A stretch of DNA of 63,632 bases, filler included, from Sluysia triapertura (GCA_046118255.1; 5 parts of 5 records of this genome joined end to end with filler, not necessarily neighbours in it), one strand, 5' to 3'. Counted from the first letter of the whole stretch, positions 11,544 to 25,788 are shown. Numbers and translations are program-made. Notes: generated by a model from the sequence alone, not told the origin.

Positions 11544-14500
11544 CTGAAATAATAAAATAACAATAATTTTTATTATATCCAACTTTCATAGCTTAAATAT
11601 GTAAAACATTTTTGTTTAAAAACTGATTTACCCTAAGTAGACAAAAACAGCGCAAGGCCCTTATAATTTTTGTGCTGGAATCTTTACAATGTGATTTTTA
11701 CATGATGAATTCCAGAGCTTGGTTCTAAAAGTATAAAAATGTGATCTGAGATCAGACATTGAAATGAATCAAATGTGAATGTAATGCGATTTTAATGTTA
11801 GTATGTTAAAAAAATATGCGTACGCACATACATCTTGATTCACATAGTTTAATACTAAAATCATATATATTTATATTTTATATGGATTATATTTATATTG
11901 TTATATTTTTAATACATCTATAATAAACAAAAAACTGTAATAATTTATTAAAATACCCAACAAAAACTATAAACTGACCATAAAGACAATTTCTTTTGCC
12001 TTCCTAAGATCAAGTAATGTCACAAATTTTAAAAATTCAATGGTAAACTGTAAATTTCTTGGCAATTTATGCACTAGTGTCGATTGTTTTGATACACGTT
12101 TTTGGTACATATTAAATTTATATTAAATATTAAATTTATTTAAATGTTTGTTCAGTGCAATCATATAATTTAGCTCCACATTTGACCGAACTTACTAAAA
12201 CTGGTTAGTTAAATGAATAATTTATTTTTTCCTTTAGAAAACATATATTTCACATGAACGTAATTTTTAATAAAGTATTTATTAAATGATCAATTTCTTT
12301 GTCGATTCGATTTTCTAGCATGTTATTACTTGATGTCGTAATGTCGTAGCGTATGATTCCTTATTCATGTCTTTCTTTTTAAATTCAACTGTGTTTGAAA
12401 TATTAGAATTACATATTGGTATAAGAAACAAATTCAAAATTATTTATATTTTTATCAGTGTCAGTATTGATAAATTTAGATTTTCTATCAAACATAAATA
12501 TATATGCAAAATTAATTACAATGGATATAAAGCTTGCAACTCTAAATTGAAAAAGATGTCTAGACTGATACAAGCTATTGATTATTTAGTAAAAGGCAAT
12601 CAAAACAGTTTGTGCATTAATTACAACATTAAACATTGGTTATTTTTGAAAATTCAAATGTAGAATTATGGATTATAAATATCGGAAGTTATAATTAAAA
12701 TAAGATTGTACGGAATCATCAGTCACGTTCAAACTTCATGCGATAAAGTGTCAAATAAAACTTGGTAACTTTTGAACGTTTGAACCTAATATTTCTCCTG
12801 CTTCACGGTATTTGTGATAAATCCCATTATGTGTACATACAATTAATAGTGGTATTAGTTTCATAATGCACTAAAACGGTTGAGAAAAACTTATATCTAA
12901 TTTATTATTTGTTTATTGAATATTGTATATTTGTACATAAATTCTAAATTTTACCATTTTTATAAATACACAAAATGTGCAGTTCGGTGCATTAGAAATG
13001 ATAACAATTGATGATAATCCTGTTGAATTAGTTTGTTTTTTAGATGTCATGAATTCATTTCACATTTTCATAATATTGGATCAACTGGATAAATTGGATA
13101 ATTCAATGAACGGAGATTGGTATATCAAGTAATTAAAAAATTATCAAGACTGATAAAAGTTCGCCGAAAAATATTCAATATTTTGAAAAAAAATGGACTT
13201 ATTCGACTTATTTAGTGATAATAAATCGAGTGCAAACTTTGGATATTGTAGAATCCACTGTATTGGAAAATCATTTTAATCAGTCTTTGGTCAAAAATGC
13301 ATTTGAATTACTATTCAAAATGATCGGCAATACAATATCCGTAATGAAATTTTGACCAAAAGGAATAATTAATGCTTTATTTTTATTCTTTTTTAGAAAT
13401 ATTTTGCGGTTCAAAAAAGTATTTATATCATAAAATCATGTGATATAGTATCACAAGAAAAATTGTACCAGGATGAAAGAATAAAATTACATCGTGCAAA
13501 ATAAAATGACAGTGTGATAACTGAACACTTTCATAACTCTGTTAAATTCACATTTTTATCGTTTTAATCTTTTAACACATCTTCTATGAACCTAAACATT
13601 CATCAGTTTGAGTAAATCCAGTAAATAATTTAACAATAAAAAATAGTGCACATTTTGTCATCTGTTCTAAAATTAAAATTGACTTAAGAACGAATTTTGT
13701 AAATATTTATCTTTTCTTTCACTCGAATACACAAAACTTTTTAAACTTTTAAGTAATTTAATGTAACAGAAATAACTTAATAATTTAAATAAATTAAATA
13801 ATTTAATATAACTTATCCTATAACCAGGTGTTAAATTCATTTAATTAAAAATTAAAATCACTACTACTATATTCATATTATTAGTTCTTTACAAAAAGAA
13901 TATTTTTTGTGTTTGTTGTATTTTGATTTTAAAATTAATGTTTTTTGCCATAAAAATGTTATCAAACAATAGTAAAATTGGTCTTTACAAGTCTGTGAAT
14001 GTTCGGTCACTAACTATTTCTTTAATTTATACTAATAATAGTCAGTTCGGTATGTCAGACACCTCCTCAGTTTCTTTGTATTCCTTGTCATACTCTAAAA
14101 ATTATGAAACTTTTGTAAATTATTGTGAGAATAAATCAGCTGAAATTGACGAAAACAAAAAATTGAACCAGAATGCATAATTAATTTAGATTAGTATGCT
14201 CTAAATGCTACCATTTTCAATTCTGGAAACAGAAAAAGTTCAGGATAAAAAAGGAATTCATCTGCATCAACAAAAATTATTGTTGCTAGAAAACATTCAG
14301 AGTCGATTTCACGTATTAGGTTACGCTTAAGTAGCGAAACTAACAGTTAATCAAGTAATACTATTAAGTGTAAAATACATGATATGTGTTCTGAAATTTT
14401 AGATTTGTGTTTGCTAAAACTCGAAGTAGAAATATCAACATTTTATTGTACTATAACTGTCTCATAGCAGTAATGGGCGACACAAATAATATCCTAAGTG

Positions 14501-17500
14501 ATTATAAATATAGGATTTTATTCTGCATAAATGTTAAGAGATATTTTAGTTAATTACTGATGAAATATCAAATCTTTCTAAAAACTTGGCAATACCGTCT
14601 AAAATTGAAATTTATCTATTAAAATGTTCTAATTTAATTTGTGATTGTTCAAAGAACTTAAGTAATGCTTCAACTAACCCTGTGGAGCTTAAAGTACAAC
14701 TTTTTCGAATCTCCTTCGTTAGTTTATTTTTTATAATTTGTGTATCTTCAATAGATGTGCTTAAAGTCTTGTTTGATTTTGGATTATTTGGATTATCATA
14801 CAAAGGAAATTTTATCCTTTATATCGTGACAATGTATTTATACAGTATATTTGTAAATGTTTTTAGTGTAAATAAAATGAATAACAATTTAAAATCAATA
14901 AATAAACTGCATTAATAGATTGAAATTCAAATATTAAGTTTTAATTTAACTTATCAATTGTTGATTCTGATAATAGTTTGTTTTGAAGTTAAGCAATGCA
15001 TAATTGATTTTTTAAATGTATAGAAAATTTAGCAAATGTAACTATCAATCATAATCAAAACTATTATTAATAACGCAAATGGATAAAATTAATTTAATTT
15101 ATTTTAACTTATTAAGAGATCGTGATCATTTTAATGAAAATACATTGACACACATAAAATGACTGCAATCTTAGTCATAAAATTAGGCAGATAGTGCCAA
15201 TCATATTTAGAGATTATGACATGTATCATATTTGTAAATATTCTTTACAATGGAAGTTGCATTTCGTCTCAACTTTTAAGATGTCCAAATAACTATAAAA
15301 ATGGCAAGATGATTTAGTCATTCTATGTCATAAACACAATCACCTAGTAAGTTCGAACAAAAATTAACACATGAAACCACACTAAATTGTTCAGCAGGTT
15401 AGTGTGCATTATATTTCATTGGCTTTGATCTCAGAAATCCAGCACAAATAGGTTACAACCTTATGTATTCGCATTATAACCACATTTCTTTTGTTCTTAT
15501 TAGCTTAGATTTCACAATACAAAAATACAAAATGCACGAAATACAAAAAATAAAGAGGTCTTGAGGGTTTTGGCTGTTTTGCCTTGCGCTGGAATACTTA
15601 TATTATTTTACTTCTCTACAAATTATTTTCCTTTAAATTAATTTCATATCTATAAAAAATAACTCTAATTAATCATTAAATTCACCTTGATTTAGCTTCA
15701 TTAATAAATTTGTGGCACTTATCAAAGTATTTCTGCAACTCAGTCTCGTCTTTATCAAGAACTTCGATATTTCTATATTTAAATTTGTCGCGAAAAAAAT
15801 TTTCCGTTTCTTGGGTAACATTGATAATATGAGTTACCTGAGATAAAACAATATCGAATTAAAATAAGGAATTGAAATATTTGTAAGCAAAGCTTACAAA
15901 GCCTAAAATATTTTAAAGTTATATTACCTTTTTCAATATTCGAAATTACATAATGTTGTGTTCCATTATTTCTGATGTTTTTAATTATGGTCAAAGTTTC
16001 ATTATTTAAAGATGTTTGAAGAAACAATCAGTATTTTTATCGAATATATTCTTACACAAGACAAAATATTTCCAAGAAACATTTAGCGAATGGAAGCTTG
16101 AAAATTGCGATTTCGAATTATTGGTTAATGGAAAAAAGATAAGTTGGTAATTTTAGCGGTTTTAAAGAAAAGTATTGTTTTTCTACCTTGAATCTGTTAC
16201 ATATTGGACACATATTAACATTTTTGAGATCTTTTAATTCGTATAAGTCAAGTAATTCATGTTAATTTAAATCTTAATCTCTTTGAGGCATTCTTAAATT
16301 TAGGTTTATCATTTATTATCATAATTTTTTGTTTATGCCTAAAAATTCTATTAGCACATATTTCAACTTGAAATCGTATCAGATCACATCATAAATGCAT
16401 GATCATTATATTACACTTCAACTATTACGTTATATATTTTTGAGACATTTAAACACAATAAATGTAATTATAATTGTAAAATAATATACTTTGTTTTGAA
16501 TTAATTCGTCGTAATTGGAGGCATTAAATGTGGAACCTAAGTAAAGGTGTGGAAGAATTTGAGAAGCACTATCCATTTGACCACAAATAATCATTAATTC
16601 GTCAGCTATGAAAGTATGATAGCTTGTGACATCGAATGAAATTAGTAACTGTAATTTTTCTCGTACCTAAAAACACATTAATTTGTCATGTATTTTATAA
16701 TGTATTTTTTAAACCACAAATTTTTGAATGTTTTTACTACAGAAATAACAAACAAACAATTTTGTATTGTTTTATATTAACGAAAGATAGTTTATTTATT
16801 ATAGTAGCCATAAGACTCTTGTTTAAAAACTAAATACATTTTAAAATGTGTCTGTAACATTAGCAACATCTGAACCTTCACATAAGACTTCATCTTCATT
16901 GTCATCTATGTTGTTTGAAATTCATGTTCCCTTTAGTGATATTTTCCCAAGCACGAAGGATGAATTCACATATCTATTTAATTCATGTAGGCGCCATCGG
17001 CTAAATGGTAATCGTCATAATTCTTGTCTTTTTGATTCGGTGCATTTACTAACAGTGTATGAAACGCAGGTTGATTTTTGTGCGTCCTAAAAACCCATAT
17101 ATTAAAAACAGATTAAAAGCTATTCAAATAAGTTGAATATGTTTTAATTGGTTAATTTTAAAAACGTAATTGTTAACATGACTAAGTTACTTTTTTAATT
17201 TTAAATATACTTTTATACAAGCTCTCAAAATAGAACATTATCAGAATAAGATTTCTACTTGGTTAGAGTAAGTAAAAATAATGCTTTGGATGTAAAATCA
17301 TATCGAATCTGGAAATTTTAATTTCTTTATCAATTTTATTCATGAAACCACAAACGTGTTTCAAGATTTTTGGAATGATAGAAAAAAAGCATAATTTAAT
17401 ACTTAGCATCCAAAGACATTTCAAGCATTGTTTCTTGTTTCTAATGTTTCTTAACAAAAATGAATATTTAATTCAATGAGAATTGTCTAATTTTGTATTG

Positions 17501-20500
17501 CTTCCTCAAAGAAACTTTTATATCTAAAATTATTGTAGATCTAGGTATTAAAACTGGTTGTTATATTTAATATTTACTTTGAATTTAGAAATAGATCAAA
17601 TCTAGATGATTAGAAAAGTAGAACCCAATAAAAGATATACATAAAATCAAATACATAGGTATCATTGTAGATATTGAGTAAATTAAAAAATTTTAAAAAC
17701 AATAAATTTACTAAGGCTTCTGTCCGGATACTCGTGGAAGCAATTGGTAGAAATATACCTACCTTCGAATTTCTTCATCATTTCCTTCTAGTGTTTCAAA
17801 AAATAAACAAAACATGAAAATATTCAACATAGATATTTAAAAATTGTAAAGTTGAATTCAACAATGTCTTGGGTCTGCAAAAAACTACCTCCCGTTTGTG
17901 AATTAAATGAACCAATAAAACTAACCAAATTATAAAATAAGTTTATCTAAAGACCATATTTGAAATAAAGAATTTAATGATGCTAGCCTAAAAAGCAGAA
18001 ACGATTTTAGTTTAAATTGTGATCAACATTCATAAGATACTATTTTTTTAATAAAGGCATAAAAATACTAGTAAGAATTTATGGTTTGAATAGTCAATTT
18101 TTTATTAAGTAAATATTTCCTTCAACTACAACGCAAGAATGAATAATATAGGTGTACCAAAATCGTGTATGTAGATCAATATATCAGAATTACGCAAGGG
18201 ATTAGATAAATAATCCCTTTCATTACAAGATTATCTGAAAAATAAAATTTTTTAAAGTCCATTTAAAATTACAAAGAATCCGAACAAAATCAAATTAAAA
18301 AAAATTAATATAATGTTTGGAGAAAAAACATTGCCTAATTGTATGCTTTTTAGAGTTCTTTATTTTCGACGCAAATATTCGTTTCACTGCTTCTTGATGT
18401 TGATGAAAGTGATACATGTCTCATCGATGACGATAAGTTCTAAAACATTTCAAAAACAAAAGTGAAATCAACTCATTTAAAGTCTAGCATTAAATCTTGA
18501 TGCAATGTTTGGTATCGACGAAAAAACTTTAATAAATTCATGACTTGATTAATTACTGCAAAAAGTGTTTCTTGAGATTACATAGTTGAAGATTTTTTTC
18601 AAGACACTTAGATACATATAAAATTTTCTAATTATTTCTTAATTAAGTTATGACTAAATTAAATATGACTAACTGCTAAAACTGTAACATTTTCTATATC
18701 TACATCCTGCATAATTTCGCGAAGTATTCGTCTAATTTCATCTTTCTCTTCGTTTCTGGAAATATTATTTAATAGTATTAATTTGTATTAAAATATGCAA
18801 TACACAAAAATAAAATCGAATATGAATTTTAGAGCGCTCTATCAACTTAGAATAAGTAATCAAAAAAGAACAACATTCTGAAATTTTGTCTTATTTTTAA
18901 ATACTTAATCTTCCAATGATATATAAAATAAAGAATTATCATATTTAGATTTCACTATAAATAAATTATACTAAAGTAATAATTACACCTATCCCCCGAT
19001 TTACACGGTAGATACGTTCCTGAGAAAAACGTTAAAAAAACTTATTTGGAAAACCGTGTAAAACGAGTACCGTGTAAATCGGGGGATAGGTGTATTTACT
19101 TTTGGCATTTATTGGAACTTACAAATTGTATCATAATTGTATGTTGTGTAAGCAATTTAGTTCAGTTAACTTATTTTTGAAAAATAATTTTTTTAAACAT
19201 CTTCAACAAGTTTTTGTAATATAAATCAGAAGCATAAAAATTTACTTATTTTAATTTATATCTTATTTTTATTTATATTTCAGTAATTTTTCCAAACGAA
19301 ACACAATACAATATGAACATAGTGGAATTATTTTTCGTAGGGTCACTATTTTATCAAGCTGAACAGATTGATGAATTAGTGCATAAAAATATCAGTGTTA
19401 ACATTTAACTTTTTATCATCTCATATCAAAGTTTTAAAATAATTTTAACTAATAAATTTTAAAAAATTTTAAAAAATAAATAAGATAGAGACATCTAATT
19501 TAAAAAATTTATCAAGTTTGAAGTTTATAATAAGATGAACCAATTTATTTCGCCTTTTATTTAATTCAGTTGTTTATAATAAATACTGTTGAAAATTTGT
19601 AAATGTGTTTATAAATATATGTAAAATTCTTAGCAAATATTTATTATTATTATATTAAATTAAATATTTAAAATATAATTTTAATAATGGAACTGGAATT
19701 GAACAATTAAATAAAATTTTATAATTAGTAGAAATATAAAAGAAATTAAATTAAATAAAAATTTATTTATTTTAAATATTGTTTAATTATTTCAATTATT
19801 GTATATTGGAAGACATCTTTAAGTAAATTAAGTATAAAGAGGTAAGTTTTAGCATGAAATATTTCAAGAAATTTTTTTTTCGATTTCCAGGAAATTTAAT
19901 TAAAAGTTCCAGAAGAAAATTTTTATTATTTCAGTTCCATGAGTAACAAGTAATTTTTATTTTAATAATGTTTTATAGTTTCACTTTAAAAAAGGAAATT
20001 CAAAATACACGTAAACTATTTCTATTCTGATGCAACACCTTAATACGGGTTGCGAAAACTCATCATAAAATACTTGAGAACTGCCAACTAAGATTGAGTA
20101 ATTAATTAAAATTATTATTGTTATTATAATTTTGTTACTCTCTGTACGAAATAATTTTGTTAATATACTTTAGGAATCTTAAGTGTTTTTTTATTAATTC
20201 ATTTTGTAAAGCAAGACCTTAATTCGGGTTGCGAAATTTACATTTATTTTGAGAAAGCAAAACCTTAATACGGGTTGAGTAATTATAAAATATAAAATTT
20301 TCAGTTAAACAACACCTATTAAAGGGTTGTATTATAAATTGATTTAAGTACTTCAATGAACAGACATAGTAAGTCTTAAGTTAGTTAAGATAAGTTATAA
20401 AATCCTAATAATACGTCTCCAATTAGTGGTATAAATCGTATATATTAGGCGAACCGACTTCTCAGACAATTCGCAATAAGTTAAAGTTTTAAAAGGAAAC

Positions 20501-21759
20501 ATTTACAATGTCTATAAGTCGATCTTATGAGCGTTAAGATTTTTAACCATATATTTATACATCTAAATGAATATTAATTTTCATTACTCACTTTGTATTC
20601 CCATGAATCATTTCACTAACGCCCGATGTGGGAGCTAAATTGGAATTATATTTTGCGTCTGTATGAATCATTTTATTCCATTCCGCTATTTGTGCTCGAG
20701 ACGAGTTGATTTGAGACTGATAGTAACCTATCCACATATGATTCAAACCGCCACTAAATGAATTGTTACGACTAGCTACCGAACAAGCTTTATTAAGTGA
20801 CTGAACCGTAGCCCACAGACTATGTACTGAAGTAGGCTTAAAATATTTGTTACCATCTGATGAATGTATTTGGAAACCACTATAGTTATAAATATTATTA
20901 TAAATAGGATTGTTTAAAAAATAATTCTATAAAAATAAATTATTCAACATTAAAAAAGTACATTTAATTTTACAAATTCAAAGTTCAAATTAAACACATT
21001 ATATATCGTATTGATTTATATTTAAAAATTACAAAAAATAATGGGAAATTTCAAAATACATTACACAATTTTTAAAATTATAACTGAAAATAAAACATGT
21101 ATCAAAAGTAAAAGCTTTTTACTACATACGCATCACAATTACAAATTAATAACTAAAATTTGGTATTATAAATTTAAAATTCATTCTAACCCATCTCCAT
21201 CTAATTTTACTGTTACATCTTGATACACAGGAATAACCATTCCTATAGTTACTTGAAAGTTTGTAACATCAACGCCTATTATTGCATATTCATCATTATC
21301 TGTTTCACCTTGTGTTGAAATTAAACACAAATAACGATAGCTAAATATTTCAAAATTCGCTTTTTCTAAATTTACAATCTAAATTCGTACTAATCAAATT
21401 ATTTAAAAACCAACTAAATTAAGCCTATCTTTCTTCCGTAACAATTCAATCGTTTTCTTTAAACAAACTTGTAAATAATCTATTTCAAAATTAAAACAAA
21501 TATTTTAAATTACTTGACTCAACGATCACACTCGAACGCCTTCTACCATAATAATTTTGTAAAACTACAGCATCTTTATAAGCAAAAAAGTCTTCATTTT
21601 GACTATTTCATGTAAATTTAACAATTAAAATACCTTTGATTAGTGTTGGATTCTGGGGCACTTGCAGAAGAATCAATAGACTACAAAAATAAATTTCATA
21701 AAATAAGCTCTAACTTCAGGTGGAGGTGAGGGAGAACGTTGAATAGTAACGAGAGACAT
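11483..21759 (-). CDS. SSH: Protein phosphatase Slingshot homolog (SSH-N, DEK-C and DSP domains), 3'-partial. Exons: 21715-21759, 21634-21680, 21514-21602, 21415-21479, 21191-21378, 20592-20879, 18674-18755, 16490-16666, 15686-15837, 11483-11543
   Basis: All joins are GT-AG and in phase. The product reads MSLVTIQRSPSP...TIGMVIPVYQDVTVKLDGDGGF...FKPTSVHSLWATVQSLNKAC...IRRILREIMQDVDIENVT...ICGQMDSASQILPHLYLGSTFNASN...VTHIINVTQETENFF...CLVHCQKGISRSATV, matching SSH family motifs in order. Confidence 0.95.
15686..15837 (-). CDS. SSH: SSH exon 9 (DSP domain)
   Basis: VTHIINVTQETENFFRDKFKYRNIEVLDKDETELQKYFDKCHKFINEAKS, with canonical splice sites. Confidence 0.92.
16490..16666 (-). CDS. SSH: SSH exon 8 (DEK-C/DSP junction)
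   Basis: VREKLQLLISFDVTSYHTFIADELMIICGQMDSASQILPHLYLGSTFNASNYDELIQNK. Confidence 0.92.
16850..17087 (-). mobile_element. Decayed pogo-family transposase C-terminus inside an SSH intron
   Basis: Fragments LLVNAPNQKDK, ICEFILRAWENI and ISNNIDDNEDEVL resemble pogo/DDE_1 motifs (VN.PFK, W...AW..I, GISN.LDG.EDD). Confidence 0.55.
18674..18755 (-). CDS. SSH: SSH exon 7 (DEK-C domain)
   Basis: NEEKDEIRRILREIMQDVDIENVTVLA. Confidence 0.9.
18986..19092. mobile_element. Tc1/pogo-type MITE (107 bp)
   Basis: Perfect 25-bp TIRs CACCTATCCCCCGATTTACACGGTA with TA flanks and an internal partial copy (ACCGTGTAAA). Confidence 0.92.
20033..20329. repeat. Four spaced copies of a ~20-bp hairpin motif CAA(C/G/A)ACCTTAATACGGGTTG
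   Basis: Copies at about 20033, 20212, 20258 and 20310, separated by unrelated AT-rich spacers. Confidence 0.75.
20592..20879 (-). CDS. SSH: SSH exon 6 (SSH-N domain)
   Basis: GFQIHSSDGNKYFKPTSVHSLWATVQSLNKACSVASRNNSFSGGLNHMWIGYYQSQINSSRAQIAEWNKM. Confidence 0.95.
21191..21759 (-). CDS. SSH: SSH exons 1-5, separated by introns of 34, 31, 34 and 36 nt
   Basis: MSLVTIQRSPSPPPE|SIDSSASAPESNTNQ|SQNEDFFAYKDAVVL...|YLQVCLKKTIELLRKKDRLNL|IVNLEK...KLDGDG. Confidence 0.92.
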
Positions 21760-22520
21760 TATAAACGTTAAATTAAATAAGAATCGCAAATATATTTAAA
21801 TATATTTGAGCCAATTTAAATTAATATTTACATATTAAAACAATTTTTACACGGAAATTTAATATTTTTTAATTTATATAATAATTTATTGCTACAAAGG
21901 ACCAATTTAAAAGATTTTACTGTTTTTTAACATTCTGAGATTGTTTTTGACTGTAGTTAACAAGTATATATTTGCATTTTACTTAATAATGTATTATTCA
22001 TTTAAACAATTTTTGCATTATATAATAATTTAATTTTTCAAATAAATAAAACTTACGGCAAAATACTTTTAACATTATATATATGATGCGTGAAAAATTT
22101 TGTAATTGAAAATTCATAATTAGTATTAGTTCACGTCAAAATTATAAATAATGGTGAAAATATGTAACACGGTAAAAATTTTACTTTTAGCGGTTGGCAC
22201 ATTTTACTAATAAGAAAATGCTTTATATAAATTCAGTACATTGTTAAAATTTTAAAATAATTTTAAAATTCGTAAATTCTTAATTAACATAATTTATATT
22301 AATTTTATACTGAATATATCCTCAAATTATCATATTTTATGAATTTATATGAAACGACGGAGGTCAAATAAGCAATATGTCAATTGGTATAACAATATTT
22401 TGAATGAAAATAGAATTAGTCTTGTCATATAAAAAGGTTGCAGGAGAGAAATTTAGAAATAACATTTGATAAAATCCACAATTTGACCGCATGGAATATT
22501 TAATGAAAAGTGGTTTATAT

Positions 22521-22589
22521 CAGGGCTTCTTAAACTTTTTTATATAGCGACCCCCTTCAAGCTTAGGAAATTTTAAACGACCCCCTCCT
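22521..22589. mobile_element. hAT (Charlie-like) element end truncated by a gap
   Basis: CAGGGCTTCTTAAACTTT followed by repeated CGACCCCC subterminal motifs. Confidence 0.6.
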
Positions 22590-23548
22590 NNNNNNNNNNN
22601 NNNNNNNNNNNNNNNNNNNNNNNNNNNNNNNNNTTAATTAATTAANNNNNNNNNNNNNNNNNNNNNNNNNNNNNNNNNNNNNNNNNNNNATTATTATTGT
22701 TATTATTATTATTATTATACAATACCCAACCTTTTTCTACTGTGACTGTTTCTTTTTGCTTTTGATAGAAATTTTTGGATTTTGTTATATTATGATTAGT
22801 ATTCGATTTAATATATAAATATGTAAATTTATTATGATGTTTTGCTGGTTTTTCTCGTCTGATAGTTACTACGTAATTTGGCATCATAGTTTGTTTAATT
22901 CCGTTATCTTTTTGATAATCAGTATACTTGAGTGAATTAAAGTCTAAATTAAATAAAAAATTGTTATGATGCATTTGTTAAATATTTTTTATATTTAAGT
23001 AAATCTTGTTTTACAAAATTATTTATTTAAATTGCACTAAAAATTATTATCTATAGAATTTCCTTGACGACCTTTGAATTGACGAACTTATATTTTCATG
23101 AAAATGAATCATTTCCTTACGTTTTTGAAGTAATAATAATAATAATATATTAATAATAGTAATAGTTTAATAATGTAGTTAATGATAATAGTAAAAATAA
23201 TAATTAGAAATAATAATAATAATAAAACCAAAATTTTAAATTATAATTTATCTCGGACTTGTATTTACAATGAATATTTACCACAAATCGCCAAATAATA
23301 ATTATCAGAAGCTGGACTTCGAATAACATATTAACGGTTAAATCGAAGTATAAAGTATTTCTAATGTTCAAAATCCAATGATAAAAAATTCCAAATGTAA
23401 TATTTCCAATTCCAAAAATGTTTTCAACTAGGACCCATAATTTCAAGTTGACTCATAAATAAGCAAAATCTTCCTTATTTAGAAACAAACTTTTTTCAGT
23501 TTCATAATTAATTTTTCTCTATAGTTAATTTCACCGTTATATGGTCAA

Positions 23549-23605
<57 letters not shown>

Positions 23606-25788
23606 ATTATTTTATTACCATTTCTATCAATAGATAGTAGTTGAAAAAATAACTGAGTTCGCTTATAGTAGATGACTGAAATTTAATATAATACGAATTA
23701 ATTATATTAAATTATCAATTTACTTCGAGTATTTAAACTTTTCGGATATGCGGGAGTATGTTCACTTGATTTTTATGAAATTATCTTTAACTTGTTTAAA
23801 TTGTTGTTTATTTAAGAGTTTTAATTGCTTAAGGTCTTCTTACTTATCTATAGTTATAGTTAACTTTTATTCTATTTTTACACAAAAAATAAATCAATTT
23901 GAATAACGTTTATTATCAAAATATCCCTAATAAACAACTTTGTACGATAGTACAGAATATACCAATTAATTAATAAAATAATATGTTAAATATACAAATG
24001 ATTGCAATAGTCCGCGATATAGAAGCAATGAAAATGTAAAGAGAATTAAAAATCACAAATATAAAACCGATACTTAGTGTATTATATTTTAACTTGCTTA
24101 TTTTAGACTGAAATTTAGAAATAATTTGCTCTAATGCTTAAAGCACTTTAAAATCATCCTTTTAACTTTAATAACAAGTGACTTTAATATTTTCGCACAT
24201 ATAATTATCAAAAATGAATTTAGAATAACTTCTCACATTTATATTCTCTTTAATAAAAAAGGCATAAACACATTTGTATATAACATTGTCAAAAACAATT
24301 TTAAAACCTTTAATGTCTACTTGGGATTTTATTTTTCATCAGTCAATCTACCTTAGGATCTACATTTATCATAGACTCTATGTGAAACCTTTCATCCTCA
24401 ATACAGGTAGTATAACTACAATACACCCTAATCTTGGCCAGGAGACAAATGTGTAACTTTGGTAAAGCAATACTATTACTTCTTGTTGAATCGGTTCGAA
24501 ACAAACCACAAACCGCACAGTAACGGCAAAAAGCATATAAAATGGCAACAATATTATCTTAGAAATGTTTTAAATCAAATTCAATTTCTACATATATAGA
24601 CAACACTTTTTGTTAGGATTCAGCTATAGATTCAATGCAGTAGACACCCTAACTTTGATCTTCAATTAGTTTAACATGGAGTAATTTATCTCTAGAACAA
24701 GAATGTAATTATTATACTAAAAAAACATAATACGACCTTCAAGCTTTCGTAACATCTGCTGGATCTCCATTTTTCTTATTCTACTAATTATTTTATATAT
24801 TACATATATTAGATTGATATATAATATATTTTATATATTAGAATGAAGCAATAATTCACAATCACTATTCAATTCCACATTATTTTGTATGTCAGAGGTA
24901 AAAAGGAATTTTTTACCTACATAGTGCATGTGAGTTACATGATTTAGTGCCTTTTCTTTAAATAGCCTTTCGATACTACTTGTTTCTTATGAAAAGTTCG
25001 TTCGATTTTCCTTAATTCGAATTCACGAATACTAACATTCATATTTATGAAATAGTTAAATGATAATAAATTCTCGAAATGATAAATAGAAATATCAAAA
25101 AAACTAGTTTAATAAATTTAATACATTCTTTTAAGCGATTCATTTCTTTAATTTTGGCTGCGATTATTTTAGTGATCGTCTTTCTTTAATTTTTATAATC
25201 TCGGTTGTTACTAAAACAAAATATTCTAAAGATTTTAATTATAAAAAAATCAATTATAGATTTTAAAATGTAAACTCCTATTTCTTAAAGCAAAATAATA
25301 CCAGGATTTGAAGATGTATTACCAAAAAGAAAACAAATATAAAAATGGTTTTAGAATAAATAACAAATTATCAAAAATAATAAAAAAAGTTTATTATTAC
25401 TAGAATTACTTCTAGTATATTTAATGATTTTATGTTTAGCCTAAACTAAACTTGTAATTCGAAATTTTTTTGTATTTCCTAACGTAAAAATATCTTATCA
25501 AGAAATTTTAAAATTAGCCACGAATAAAAATGAATTCGACCAAATATCGACGGAACCAAATTAGCGAATATCAGCTGGAATGAACACCAAAACTCGTTTA
25601 TTCCACCAAAAACAATAGATTAATTACAAATTAATTTGATTGTCTAATAATACATCATTTAACCAACAAAAGCGATTGAATAATTACTGATTATCAATTA
25701 ATTCCTTGTAAAATTCAATCGTCGAGTATTTTAATTGTGACTAAAACTTCAACAGTGATTAAATATTTATTTTGAGTAATATTACCAG

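Noticed and set aside
18557-18627. Alternative SSH exon (…CLEKNLQLCNLKKH…) resembling vertebrate LEKQMNCNLKE
   Set aside because: The exon starting at 16666 (VREKLQ…) already supplies this segment at the right length. The alternative needs weak splice sites and is probably chance.
20033-20329. CRISPR array (also considered for 57101-57200, 35173-35270 and 40566-40664)
   Set aside because: Eukaryotic spliced-gene context, no cas genes, and the repeats are either degenerate with irregular spacers or purely tandem.
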